Below are positions 19,112 through 27,849 of a stretch of 64,000 nt of DNA, one piece after another; position 1 is the stretch's first letter; the number at the start of each line of letters is the position of its first letter. Under the pieces are notes generated by a model. That model was not told the origin of the DNA, did no database searches, and worked only from the letters and a program-made list of their open reading frames with translations. Origin of the DNA: an uncultured Gammaproteobacteria bacterium (lineage in GTDB: Bacteria; Patescibacteriota; Patescibacteriia; Magasanikbacterales; UBA922). A program made the translations under genes and the position numbers. The stretch spans positions 147,437 to 211,436 of the forward strand of contig CAZTEU010000001.1 of assembly GCA_964612105.1 (NCBI GenBank), read 5' to 3'.

Positions 19112-21141
19112 ACTTGTTTTTTTGAACCTAGAAATAGCCAACTACCATGTTCCTTAAACCAAGGCACAATAAATCTCAACATTACTCTTGTTATTGTAAT
19201 TGCTGAGAACATACTTAGTAATATTCCAATGAACAATGTTACAGCAAAACCTTTTACAAAACTAGAACCAAAACCAATCAACATTACACATGTGATTAGT
19301 GTTGATATGTTTCCATCACGAATAGAAGTCCATGCACGTATAAATCCTTCCTCAACTGCAGCCTTAAGACTTTTTCCATCTTTTAGTTCTTCTTTTAATC
19401 TCTCAAATATAAGAACATTAGCATCCACTGCCATACCTATAGAAAGTATAAACCCTGCAATACCGGCAAGTGTTAATGTAACACCTATCAATTTAAATAT
19501 AGCTAGTGTTAGTGCAATATATACAGATAGTGAAATTACAGAAAGTAATCCTGGAAGTCTGTAGTACAGGAACATAAATAGCATTACAAGTAAAACTCCA
19601 GAAACTCCAGCCTTAAGACTCTTTTCTAGTGAAGCTTGTCCTAGTGTTGCCCCTATTGCCTGCTGAGAAATAAGTTCTACAGGAACAGGCAAAGCACCAG
19701 CATTCAGTCTTTGTGAAAGCAATCTTGCTTCTGTGAGATTAAAATTACCTGTAATAACAGCTCTACCATCCGTAATTGCCTGTTGTACTGTTGGTGCACT
19801 TATAATGTTACCATCAAGAAATATTGCAATTGGTTCTCCTACATGCTTTTCTGTCAGATCTGCAAATAACTTTTTTCCTTCACTATCAAACGAAAGTGAA
19901 ACCTGTATAGCCCCTGTTTGTGAATTGGACACAACCTCTGCTCTTTCTAGCTGTTTTCCTGATAATTCTGTGTTTTGCCAAGGTTCTGCTGTTGGTAAAA
20001 TATCAGATGCGGTATTCTTCTTGGTGGATATGCGCCACAGCTCATATTCAACGGGGCTTTCTTTCTTATATATAACATGATATCCAAACTGAGTTTCCAC
20101 TGGTTTGACTATCTCTCCTTCTTGTACGGCAAATACAGCGTCTTCAAATTCTTTTACCATTTGCCCTCTACCAAAGGAACCCAAATCACCACCAGAGACG
20201 TTTGCTCCGGCTTCGTGCGAAAATTCTTTTGCTAGGGCCTCAAAATTACTTGCGTTTGCTTTTTCAAAAATCTCATGTGCTTTGTCCAGAGCTTCTTGTT
20301 TTGTGTATTGAGGATTCTCACAAGAGTTTGCTCCTAAATAACATATTAGTATATGACTAGCACTGACCTGTTCTTCACTTTTTCTACTAATTCCACGCTT
20401 CACAACATGGAAAGCATCGCCTGTGTCTATTAACTTATTTGTAATTGCTCCCTCACCCCTATTCTTTGCCCAGGCAATAATCTCTGGAGCCTGTGTTTCT
20501 GTAACAAAGCCCAGATAACCACCATTATTTTTAGATTGCAAGTCTTCCGAATATTCTCGTGCGATTTCTTCAAAGTCTTCTCCCCCTCTTACTTTATTTA
20601 GCGCTTCTTTAGTACGTGTTTCTACCTCATTATTAAACTCATCTAGTTCTTTCTGCTCATCTTCTGTCAATTCTCTTGGTGGGGTTGTGTTTTCTTCCTT
20701 AAATTCAAGAATAGGAGTCTCCCCTATCATATTTATAGCCTGATTAACATCTGTCACTCCAGGAAGTTCCACAACAATACGGTAATCATCACCCACCTTA
20801 GAAGTCTGCACATTAGGTTCACCAATACCAAGACCGTTTACACGTCTTTCTATCACATCTCTTCCACCTTCTACGGCTGCTGCTCGCTCATTTGCTTCCA
20901 AATTTGACACATCCGCCTGGTACACAAGATGAGCACCACCTTGTAGGTCCAGACCTAAAGCAAATGGTTTTTCTGGAACATTAGGTATTCCAACATGTGT
21001 AACATCGTTTACTTTATTGAAAACACGATTTGCAACAGTTGGCGCATCATATATTGCTGTAATTGCAAGAAGAGCAAATATACCAAAAATCCCCCAACGA
21101 ATCTTGGAGCGAAGCTGTGATTGTGTTTTTTCCGTTCGCAT
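19108..21141 (-). CDS. secD: protein translocase subunit SecD with inserted parvulin-type PPIase domains
   Basis: LGLDLQGGAHL, IERRVNGLG, GMAVDANVLIFER; inserts FEEIAREYSED...GGYLG and ASHILI...FEALAKEFS...GGDLG.FGRGQMVKEFE...TQFGYHVI. Confidence 0.95.
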   Translation of the reverse strand: MRTEKTQSQLRSKIRWGIFGIFALLAITAIYDAPTVANRVFNKVNDVTHVGIPNVPEKPFALGLDLQGGAHLVYQADVSNLEANERAAAVEGGRDVIERRVNGLGIGEPNVQTSKVGDDYRIVVELPGVTDVNQAINMIGETPILEFKEENTTPPRELTEDEQKELDEFNNEVETRTKEALNKVRGGEDFEEIAREYSEDLQSKNNGGYLGFVTETQAPEIIAWAKNRGEGAITNKLIDTGDAFHVVKRGISRKSEEQVSASHILICYLGANSCENPQYTKQEALDKAHEIFEKANASNFEALAKEFSHEAGANVSGGDLGSFGRGQMVKEFEDAVFAVQEGEIVKPVETQFGYHVIYKKESPVEYELWRISTKKNTASDILPTAEPWQNTELSGKQLERAEVVSNSQTGAIQVSLSFDSEGKKLFADLTEKHVGEPIAIFLDGNIISAPTVQQAITDGRAVITGNFNLTEARLLSQRLNAGALPVPVELISQQAIGATLGQASLEKSLKAGVSGVLLVMLFMFLYYRLPGLLSVISLSVYIALTLAIFKLIGVTLTLAGIAGFILSIGMAVDANVLIFERLKEELKDGKSLKAAVEEGFIRAWTSIRDGNISTLITCVMLIGFGSSFVKGFAVTLFIGILLSMFSAITITRVMLRFIVPWFKEHGSWLFLGSKKQV

Positions 21142-21192
21142 ATCTATTAGTGCGCGTATTGTACAAAATTTATAAAATCAAGTCAATATAGT

Positions 21193-23970
21193 TTATGCAC
21201 CGTGACATTTCTTATATTTTTTTCCACTACCACAAGTGCACGGATCATTCCTTCCAACCTTATGTCCGGTTTCATCTCGTTCTTTTCTCTTAATGTGAAC
21301 CCCTTGTTCACTCATTGTCTTTTTAGCACCCTCTAAAGTCATCTTATCACCTGCCATAATTGTCGGAGCTAGTTGTATTCCTATCCCCACTTTAAAGAAC
21401 GAGTAAACAATTTCTTTTTGTATATTACTTAGAAGAGAGTTAAATAGATGATAACTTTCTTTCTTATACTCTACAAGTGGATCTCTTTGTCCATATCCTC
21501 TCAAACCAATACCTGTACGTAAATAATCAAGTGAAACCAAATGATCAACCCAAAGAGCGTCTATTGCGCGCAACATTATAGAACTTTCAAATGCTGTAGC
21601 TAATTGTTCTGGAGTCTTATCGTCTTGTGCATGCGTTTTTACATGCTCATTTATCTTGTTATATTCCTCGGTAGCTTTTTCCATTAAGAAAGAAACAATT
21701 GCTTCACGAGCTTTTACATCATCTACTTTTCCTTCTCCGTTTTTACCAAGTGAAAATAGTTTCTCACGATCATTATTATTTAGTGGAAAAATAGTCTTCG
21801 CTGTTTCATAAATTTCCTTCATGTTCCACTCTTTAGATCCTTGCTGAGATTCCCCTTCTATAACCTGTGGATTAGTGTGATAGCTAACTACAAACTCTAT
21901 CTCGCTCTCAATCATGTCCATTATCATCTCTTTTGATGTTCTTTCGTGCTTCTTCTCTTCATCTTCTAAGTCCAATATTGCTCTACGTTTTTCATAAACA
22001 ACTTCACGATGACGATTTAATACATCATCATAATTAAGAAGGTGTTTACGTGTATCAAAGTGCATAGACTCAACCTTCTTCTGAGCATTTTCTAGCATTC
22101 TGGATATCATTTTTTGCTCAATTGGCATATCATCTGGCACTTTTAATCTTTCCATTACAGATTTTAATCTATCTCCTGCAAAAATACGCATTAATTCATC
22201 ATCTGTAGAAACAAAAAATTGGGTGTCTCCAGGATCTCCCTGACGCGCAGCACGACCACGTAACTGATTATCTATACGTCTTGACTCATGTCTCTCTGTA
22301 CCAAGTACAAACAAACCACCCGCTTCCAATACTTTTTTCTCATCTTCTTTATTAACTGGATTTCCACCTAACTTAATGTCCACACCACGTCCAGCCATGT
22401 TTGTAGCAAGAGTAACAGCACCTGGACGACCCGCCTGTGCAACTATCTCTCCCTCACGCTCATGGTTCTTTGCATTAAGTGCCTCATGAGCTATTCCATT
22501 AGCTGTAAGGAACATACTAAGCTCTTCATTCTTTTCCACAGAAATTGTACCAACTAAGACAGGCTGGTTCTTTTCCTGACATTTTCTTATTAGTTCCGCT
22601 GTCGCCTTATACTTTGCCTGCTCTGTCTTATATATACGATCTGGCAAATCTTTTCTTGCGTCCGGCTTGTTTGTTGGAATTACGTGAACATCTAAACCAT
22701 ATATTTTGAAAAACTCCTCTTTTTCTGTTTCTGCTGTACCTGTCATTCCGGACAACTTCTTATACATCCTAAACAAATTCTGGAAGGTAATTGTTGCCAA
22801 AGTTCTACTTTCTCTTTGTATCTGCACACCCTCTTTTGCTTCTATCGCTTGATGCAAACCTTCTGAATACCTACGACCAGGCATTTTACGACCTGTAAAC
22901 TCATCAATAATTACTATTTCATCACCGTCTACAACATATTCCTTATCTCTCTTAAACAAGACCTCGGCTTTTAATGCCTGCTCAATATGATGAACCATTC
23001 TTAATCCACCTTCAACATATATATTTTCCACACCAAGCCATTCCTCAAACTTAGCTATTCCAGCATCTGTAAGAGTAGAACTACGCATCTTTTCATCTAT
23101 ATTATAATCTTCGTTTTCTTTTAGTTGCTTAACCAAACGAGCAAACTGATAATACTGGTCAGCCGCTTCTTCTGCAGGTGCAGAAATAATAAGTGGAGTT
23201 CTTGATTCATCAATTAAAATTGAGTCTACCTCATCGATAATACAGTAATTCATTTCGTCACCCGGGCGCATAACCATATCATCCAGTTTCTGCACCATGT
23301 TGTCACGAAGGTAATCAAAACCATACTCGTTGTTTGTTCCATAAGTTATGTCACAACGATATGCCTCTTTTCTACTGACAGGTCTAAGAAATTCATCCTC
23401 AACCTTAAAACTACCTGTACCATCCCTCTCCTCATCCAACTCTCCACCCTCTTCTCCCCCACTAAAAGATGCATCATAAACAAAGCTCACTCTTTGGTTC
23501 TGTACAACACTAACTGTAAGACCAAGATAATCATATATCTGTGCCATCCATACAGCATCACGTTTTGCCAAATAATCATTTACTGTTACAACATGAACAC
23601 CCTTTTCTTCCAATGCGTTTAAATAAGTAGGTAGAGTGGCAACGAGAGTCTTACCTTCACCTGTTCTCATCTCAGCTATCACACCCTTATGTAGAGAAAT
23701 ACCACCGACAAGTTGCACATCATAATGACGCATGTTTAATACACGACGACCAACTTCTCTTACAACAGCAAAAGCCTCTGGAAGAATATCATCCAAAGTT
23801 TCACCCTTCTTTAATCTTTCCTTAAACTCCCCTGTCTTGGCTTTTAATTTGTTATCAGAAAGAGCCTTCATGGAAGGTTCTAAACTATTTATCTTATCAA
23901 CGGTTGGCTGATAAGATTTCATCTTCTTTTTGTTTTGATCACCAAGTAATTTCTCTAGAAATTTAGCCAT
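21193..23970 (-). CDS. secA: preprotein translocase subunit SecA
   Basis: MRTGEGKT, DEVDSILIDE, ATNMAGRG, RRIDNQLRGR, SEC-C motif GRNDPCTCGSGKKYKKCHG. Confidence 0.98.
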   Translation of the reverse strand: MAKFLEKLLGDQNKKKMKSYQPTVDKINSLEPSMKALSDNKLKAKTGEFKERLKKGETLDDILPEAFAVVREVGRRVLNMRHYDVQLVGGISLHKGVIAEMRTGEGKTLVATLPTYLNALEEKGVHVVTVNDYLAKRDAVWMAQIYDYLGLTVSVVQNQRVSFVYDASFSGGEEGGELDEERDGTGSFKVEDEFLRPVSRKEAYRCDITYGTNNEYGFDYLRDNMVQKLDDMVMRPGDEMNYCIIDEVDSILIDESRTPLIISAPAEEAADQYYQFARLVKQLKENEDYNIDEKMRSSTLTDAGIAKFEEWLGVENIYVEGGLRMVHHIEQALKAEVLFKRDKEYVVDGDEIVIIDEFTGRKMPGRRYSEGLHQAIEAKEGVQIQRESRTLATITFQNLFRMYKKLSGMTGTAETEKEEFFKIYGLDVHVIPTNKPDARKDLPDRIYKTEQAKYKATAELIRKCQEKNQPVLVGTISVEKNEELSMFLTANGIAHEALNAKNHEREGEIVAQAGRPGAVTLATNMAGRGVDIKLGGNPVNKEDEKKVLEAGGLFVLGTERHESRRIDNQLRGRAARQGDPGDTQFFVSTDDELMRIFAGDRLKSVMERLKVPDDMPIEQKMISRMLENAQKKVESMHFDTRKHLLNYDDVLNRHREVVYEKRRAILDLEDEEKKHERTSKEMIMDMIESEIEFVVSYHTNPQVIEGESQQGSKEWNMKEIYETAKTIFPLNNNDREKLFSLGKNGEGKVDDVKAREAIVSFLMEKATEEYNKINEHVKTHAQDDKTPEQLATAFESSIMLRAIDALWVDHLVSLDYLRTGIGLRGYGQRDPLVEYKKESYHLFNSLLSNIQKEIVYSFFKVGIGIQLAPTIMAGDKMTLEGAKKTMSEQGVHIKRKERDETGHKVGRNDPCTCGSGKKYKKCHGA

Positions 23971-24065
23971 AATTTATGATTTTTTTGCCTGGCGATTATA
24001 ACAAAAAACAAACATATTGTCTAGTCTCTAATTACATAACTCAACAAACAAAAAATCACCCGTAT

Positions 24066-24151
24066 TAGGATGAATGTTTCATCCTACCCAGTACTCACGA
24101 CTAGGTAGGATGTGCCTCCTTATTGGTCAGGAGTGACCGTAGATCTCCTTA
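24066..24151 (-). promoter_or_regulatory. 3' AAGGAGG + hairpin element of a GC-rich unit
   Basis: Minus strand: TAAGGAG...TAAGGAGG-CA-CATCCTACCTAGT-CGTGAGT-ACTGGGTAGGATG; overlapping alternative hairpin TAGGATGAA-ACA-TTCATCCTA. Confidence 0.65.
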
Positions 24152-24964
24152 TCCCTTCTTGAGACGCAGAATTCGGTCCGTGCTGTGGAAGTTGTTGTCG
24201 AGATTGTCCCAGCGCTGTCTCCAGTGATCCGCGTGCCAGTAGACACAGCTGACGAGCTTGTTGTGGTCAGGGTTACGCCAGTCTGTGAAGACAAACACTA
24301 CCCTGTCTCGGAGCACGATGGGGATCTCGTCTTGGTGCTCCAACAAGTGCCGACCATGCTTTTCGCCGAGATGGGCATACCCAATCGTGGCACGCGCGAC
24401 CATGGCTTCGCCTCTGACACTCTCCTCACTATCTTCCAGGAAGTTGATAATCTCGTAGGTGCGGTCACCAACGGTCATCTCGGTCGGGAGAGCATCCTCT
24501 TCCTGCTTGAGACGCAGGATTCGGCTGATATTGCGGAACTGGTAGCCAATCCATTGCCATTGTCTCATCCAGTGTTTGCCATTCCAGTGTATGGTGCAAA
24601 TGTCCCCAGGATTGGCGTAATCGCGACGCCAGTTCGTGAAGACGAAGGTATTACCCCGTAGCTCGACTGGAATCTGGTGTTGGTGTTTCAGCAGATGTTC
24701 GCCTGCTTCCTTATTGGGGTTTGCGTCAATCTCGCTCACACGCCTCACCACTGTCTGACCATCTACCGACCCCTCTCCTTCCTCGTGGAACCCGAGAATC
24801 TCGTAGGTGCGGTCACCAACGGTCATCTCCTGAGGAAGGGAATCCCGGAAGAGCTTGTCGCAGAACCTCTTGACCTTCCCGGTGTTTTCCGGGTTGATCA
24901 GGTCTTCGAATCTCTTTTCACCCAACTGCTCCCGCAGATGAGCCAATTTACGCAAGGTGCCCAT
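24149..24964 (-). CDS. hypothetical protein with two tandem Trp-rich domains (GC-rich class)
   Basis: Two copies of EMTVGDRTYEI..F...E.SV.G...HLL.HQ..IP..LR...FVFT.WR...W....W...W...RILRLK; SD GAGGAGAGGTG before ATG 24964. Confidence 0.8.
   Translation of the reverse strand: MGTLRKLAHLREQLGEKRFEDLINPENTGKVKRFCDKLFRDSLPQEMTVGDRTYEILGFHEEGEGSVDGQTVVRRVSEIDANPNKEAGEHLLKHQHQIPVELRGNTFVFTNWRRDYANPGDICTIHWNGKHWMRQWQWIGYQFRNISRILRLKQEEDALPTEMTVGDRTYEIINFLEDSEESVRGEAMVARATIGYAHLGEKHGRHLLEHQDEIPIVLRDRVVFVFTDWRNPDHNKLVSCVYWHADHWRQRWDNLDNNFHSTDRILRLKKG
24449..24829. repeat. exact 33-nt direct repeat at 24449-24481 and 24797-24829
   Basis: AATCTCGTAGGTGCGGTCACCAACGGTCATCTC occurs twice and encodes EMTVGDRTYEI. 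Confidence 0.92.
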
Positions 24965-25122
24965 TTGCACCTCTCCTCACCCTTTTGTACAAAGGGTTCA
25001 CTCCTCACCAACATGACGAAGAGGAAGACGAGTTGGTGTTCAGGTCTTCTCTTTGCATACCTAAGTAAATATACACAGAGAAGACCTAAACCATAGTATT
25101 TTAAAGAGCTATTTGACTGGTC

Positions 25123-25151
25123 AGATTAACATTAAATCACTATTTTGTCAA
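25123..25151 (-). promoter_or_regulatory. sigma70-type promoter
   Basis: TTGACA-17 nt-TAATCT with extended TG. Confidence 0.6.
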
Positions 25152-25198
25152 TATAACCTAATTATATAACATATTTACCTAATTCTAGCTATAAAGTA

Positions 25199-25227
25199 TT
25201 GACAAATCCCTATATTTATGCTAGTTT
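25199..25227 (+). promoter_or_regulatory. sigma70-type promoter of rpiB
   Basis: TTGACA-17 nt-TAGTTT with extended TG. Confidence 0.55.
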
Positions 25228-25260
25228 ATGCTCACACCCCAAGGGGAAGGAGAGAAAATC

Positions 25261-25767
25261 ATGAGTAAATCACTCAACATCGTCATCACTTCCGACCATG
25301 CAGGTCTGGATATGCGGGCGGCAATCTGCGCTTACCTGCGCAAAGAAGGTCATGCAGTCATCGACCAGGGTCCACAGCCGGGAGAGGTTGTAGACTACCC
25401 GGAGTACGCGGAGGCTGCAGTACAAGCAATGCTCTGTGACATTCCTAGCGATGTGGACGACAGCATCAAGATCGATCTGGTCATCCTCATCTGCGGTACA
25501 GGCATCGGTATGAGCATCGTCGCGAACAAGTTCAGCGGTGTCAGTGCAGCTCTGGTACACGACCATCTCACCGCGAAATTCGCGAAAGAGCACAACAACG
25601 CGAACGTGCTCTGCCTGGGCTCACGTGTGACAGCTGATGTTGTCGCAGTCGACTGCGTTGCCACGTTCCTCGAGGCAAAGTTCGAAGAGCGCCACCAACG
25701 ACGCATTGACATGATCATGGACATCGAGGTGAACGGTTCATGTATCGGATCTTTGATGTCTGACTGA
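25261..25767 (+). CDS. rpiB: ribose-5-phosphate isomerase B (GC-rich class)
   Basis: SDHAG, VDYPEYA, ICGTGIGMSIVANK, HNNANVLCLGSRV, RHQRR; SD AAGGAG before ATG 25261. Confidence 0.93.
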   Translation: MSKSLNIVITSDHAGLDMRAAICAYLRKEGHAVIDQGPQPGEVVDYPEYAEAAVQAMLCDIPSDVDDSIKIDLVILICGTGIGMSIVANKFSGVSAALVHDHLTAKFAKEHNNANVLCLGSRVTADVVAVDCVATFLEAKFEERHQRRIDMIMDIEVNGSCIGSLMSD

Positions 25768-25769
25768 AC

Positions 25770-25814
25770 AAGGAGATGAACCAAAAGCCCCCTTCGAACG
25801 ATTCGGAGGGGGCT
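25770..25814 (+). promoter_or_regulatory. 3' AAGGAG + 13-bp hairpin element
   Basis: AAGGAG-ATGAACCAAA-AGCCCCCTTCGAA-CGA-TTCGGAGGGGGCT; no U-tract follows. Confidence 0.7.
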
Positions 25815-25847
25815 GGCGGAACTTATCATTTAACAGATGGTATTTTT

Positions 25848-26192
25848 TTATCCCTGATATTCCTTCTGCTCTCTAATCATTTTCCTGTTCTTATCTCTCA
25901 TTTTTTCTTTCATCTTTTGCAATTCTATCTTAAAATGATCTTTCACTTTGTCCACTGCTTTGTATAAATCTTCTGCGTCTTTTACAACTCGCAATGTTTT
26001 GTTTGGTACTTTTATATTAACCTCTGCGTAATATATCTTTCCTTTTTGGTGATGATTAGAACGCTTTCCAATATCTATATCTGCCTTAATTATATTATCA
26101 AAATACTTTTCCAAACTACCTATCTTTTCTTCTGCATGCTCTCTTAATGATGATGTAAGATCAATATTGGTTGCGTTAATCGTGATATTCAT
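25848..26192 (-). CDS. hpf: ribosome hibernation promoting factor (HPF/RaiA family)
   Basis: MNITINATNIDLTSSLREHAEEKI...EDLYKAVDKVKD. Confidence 0.9.
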   Translation of the reverse strand: MNITINATNIDLTSSLREHAEEKIGSLEKYFDNIIKADIDIGKRSNHHQKGKIYYAEVNIKVPNKTLRVVKDAEDLYKAVDKVKDHFKIELQKMKEKMRDKNRKMIREQKEYQG

Positions 26193-26201
26193 AACTTATA
26201 T

Positions 26202-27167
26202 TTATATTAGTTGAATCTCTTCATTTAAAGTAAACCCATATCTATCATACACAGTTTGCTTAATTTCCTCAATAAGGGTGGTAACGTCTGCAGAAGTTGC
26301 CTTACCAAGATTAATGATAAAGTTGCCATGTTCCTCACTAATTTTTGCATCACCAATTTGTCTTCCTTTTAGTCCACACATTTCCACAAGCCATCCAGCT
26401 GGTATTTTCTTGTTCTGTAAAAAACTAGCTACTTTCTCATCTTCCTTACTAAAATTATCCAATAGCTTCTGAGATATAGAATCATCTATAATTTCTATGT
26501 TCTTAAAAATACAGCCAGTAGAAGCATATCCTTTAGGTTGAGTTTCATTTCTGTACTTAATAACTTCCAATGCTTTACGTCTTGCATCATTGTCCTCTCC
26601 TTTTTTTAACGAAAAGGTTGCTCGTAATATTACATCATTGTTGTGCTTAAATTTGCTGTCACGATACCCGAAATTACAATCTTCGTTAGAAAGAGTTATT
26701 GCTTCCCCATCTCTGTACACTTCTACAGATTTTAGTGTGTCTTTTATCTCTGCACCAGTAGCTCCAGCATTACCCCTGATTGCTCCTCCAATACTTCCTG
26801 GTATACCAACTCCCCATTCAAAACCTGTTAATCCAGATTTTATTGTCTCCTGAGCAAGAGCAACAGTCTGTATTCCAGCTGTGGCTGTGACCTCTTCCCC
26901 CTTCACTTCTACTGACCTATCCACAATCTGGACAACAACACCATCATAACCATTATCACTAGCAAGCATATTGCTTCCACCTCCAAACACAATATATTTA
27001 TGCCCTTCTCCGTCTAGATATTTTAGTAGGTCTATTGCAGAATCTACACTGTCTACAATTACAAAATAGGTGGCTGGACCACCAATCTTGAAGGTTGTGT
27101 GTTTGGAAAGAGGTTCGTTTGTCTTTACCTTTCCAAATTCTTTTAATTTTGAGTAAATTTCATCCAT
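26202..27167 (-). CDS. murB: UDP-N-acetylenolpyruvoylglucosamine reductase
   Basis: HTTFKIGGPA, GGGSNML, GIPGSIGGAIRGNAGA, FGYRDS, STGCIFKN, HGNFIIN. Confidence 0.96.
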   Translation of the reverse strand: MDEIYSKLKEFGKVKTNEPLSKHTTFKIGGPATYFVIVDSVDSAIDLLKYLDGEGHKYIVFGGGSNMLASDNGYDGVVVQIVDRSVEVKGEEVTATAGIQTVALAQETIKSGLTGFEWGVGIPGSIGGAIRGNAGATGAEIKDTLKSVEVYRDGEAITLSNEDCNFGYRDSKFKHNNDVILRATFSLKKGEDNDARRKALEVIKYRNETQPKGYASTGCIFKNIEIIDDSISQKLLDNFSKEDEKVASFLQNKKIPAGWLVEMCGLKGRQIGDAKISEEHGNFIINLGKATSADVTTLIEEIKQTVYDRYGFTLNEEIQLI

Positions 27168-27269
27168 AACTAACCTAAGGATAGCGTTATTTTGAGTAAT
27201 TTGCAAGTATACTCTGTTATCCACAATATCCTTTACTTTTTCTCTATTTATGCTAACCTAATTACATGA

Positions 27270-27385
27270 ACGTATTTAATGTATTCACAACAAAGAAGAC
27301 CAAGAAGGTCCTCCCTCGGAAGAGGTAGTTGTGTTGCATTAGAAAAAATTGCTAACCAGCCACCTCAACCGAGGTGGTTTTTCTA
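27270..27385 (+). ncRNA. candidate structured leader or sRNA
   Basis: Outer stem TAATGTATTCACAAC/GTTGTGTTGCATTA enclosing GACC-AAGAA-GGTC and CCTC-GGAA-GAGG; then GCCACCTC-AACC-GAGGTGGT-TTTTCT. Confidence 0.45.
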
Positions 27386-27400
27386 TTGGGGGTGGGAAAG

Positions 27401-27613
27401 ATGAGTGGGAATCAGGAACATGGCGCAGTCTCAAACGACAAGGACGGGAACGATCTCTTTCCAGGAGATGTTGTCTGGCCAGGATGGGCACTGTTCGCAG
27501 GAAGACGAGGGGTTGTGCAAGAATCCACATACAGCTCTGCTATCGTTCATCTCGTGGAGGAGGGTGGTACAGCAAGTGGAACAATCCGCAGTTCCTCAGT
27601 ATCCAAACGCTGA
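27401..27613 (+). CDS. small hypothetical protein, possibly KOW/SH3-like (GC-rich class)
   Basis: MSGNQEHGAVSNDKDGNDLFPGDVV...FAGRRGVVQE; GGGGGTGG before ATG; followed by AAGGAGG + hairpin. Confidence 0.6.
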   Translation: MSGNQEHGAVSNDKDGNDLFPGDVVWPGWALFAGRRGVVQESTYSSAIVHLVEEGGTASGTIRSSSVSKR

Positions 27614-27615
27614 GC

Positions 27616-27672
27616 AAGGAGGACACACAGCGGGGATCTAGGCATTAGCCTGATCCCCGTGTCTCTTTTTTT
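27616..27672 (+). terminator. 3' AAGGAGG + hairpin, followed by U-tract
   Basis: AAGGAGG-ACACACAG-CGGGGATCTAGGC-ATTA-GCCTGATCCCCG-TGTCTCTTTTTTT. Confidence 0.7.
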
Positions 27673-27704
27673 GGCTAATTCTAGCCTTTTTTTTTACTTT
27701 ACTA

Positions 27705-27733
27705 TTGACAAATAGCATATATTGTGTTACTAT
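27705..27733 (+). promoter_or_regulatory. sigma70-type promoter
   Basis: TTGACA-17 nt-TACTAT with extended TG. Confidence 0.65.
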
Positions 27734-27849
27734 ATCCCGTCTTTGATTCTTTCAAAGAACACGTGTTCTATGTTGCTTTATTGACTTTTATTGTCAACTA
27801 AGCAAAATAATTATATACTGCTGGAGTATTTCAGCGTAATCACATAGCT

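Noticed and set aside
25776-25967. 63-aa ORF starting right after AAGGAG
   Set aside because: There is no SD-to-ATG spacing, it runs through the hairpin and it is antisense to hpf.
27781-27797. Inverted repeat TTGAC-N7-GTCAA as an operator
   Set aside because: Single short instance, also explainable as back-to-back -35-like hexamers.
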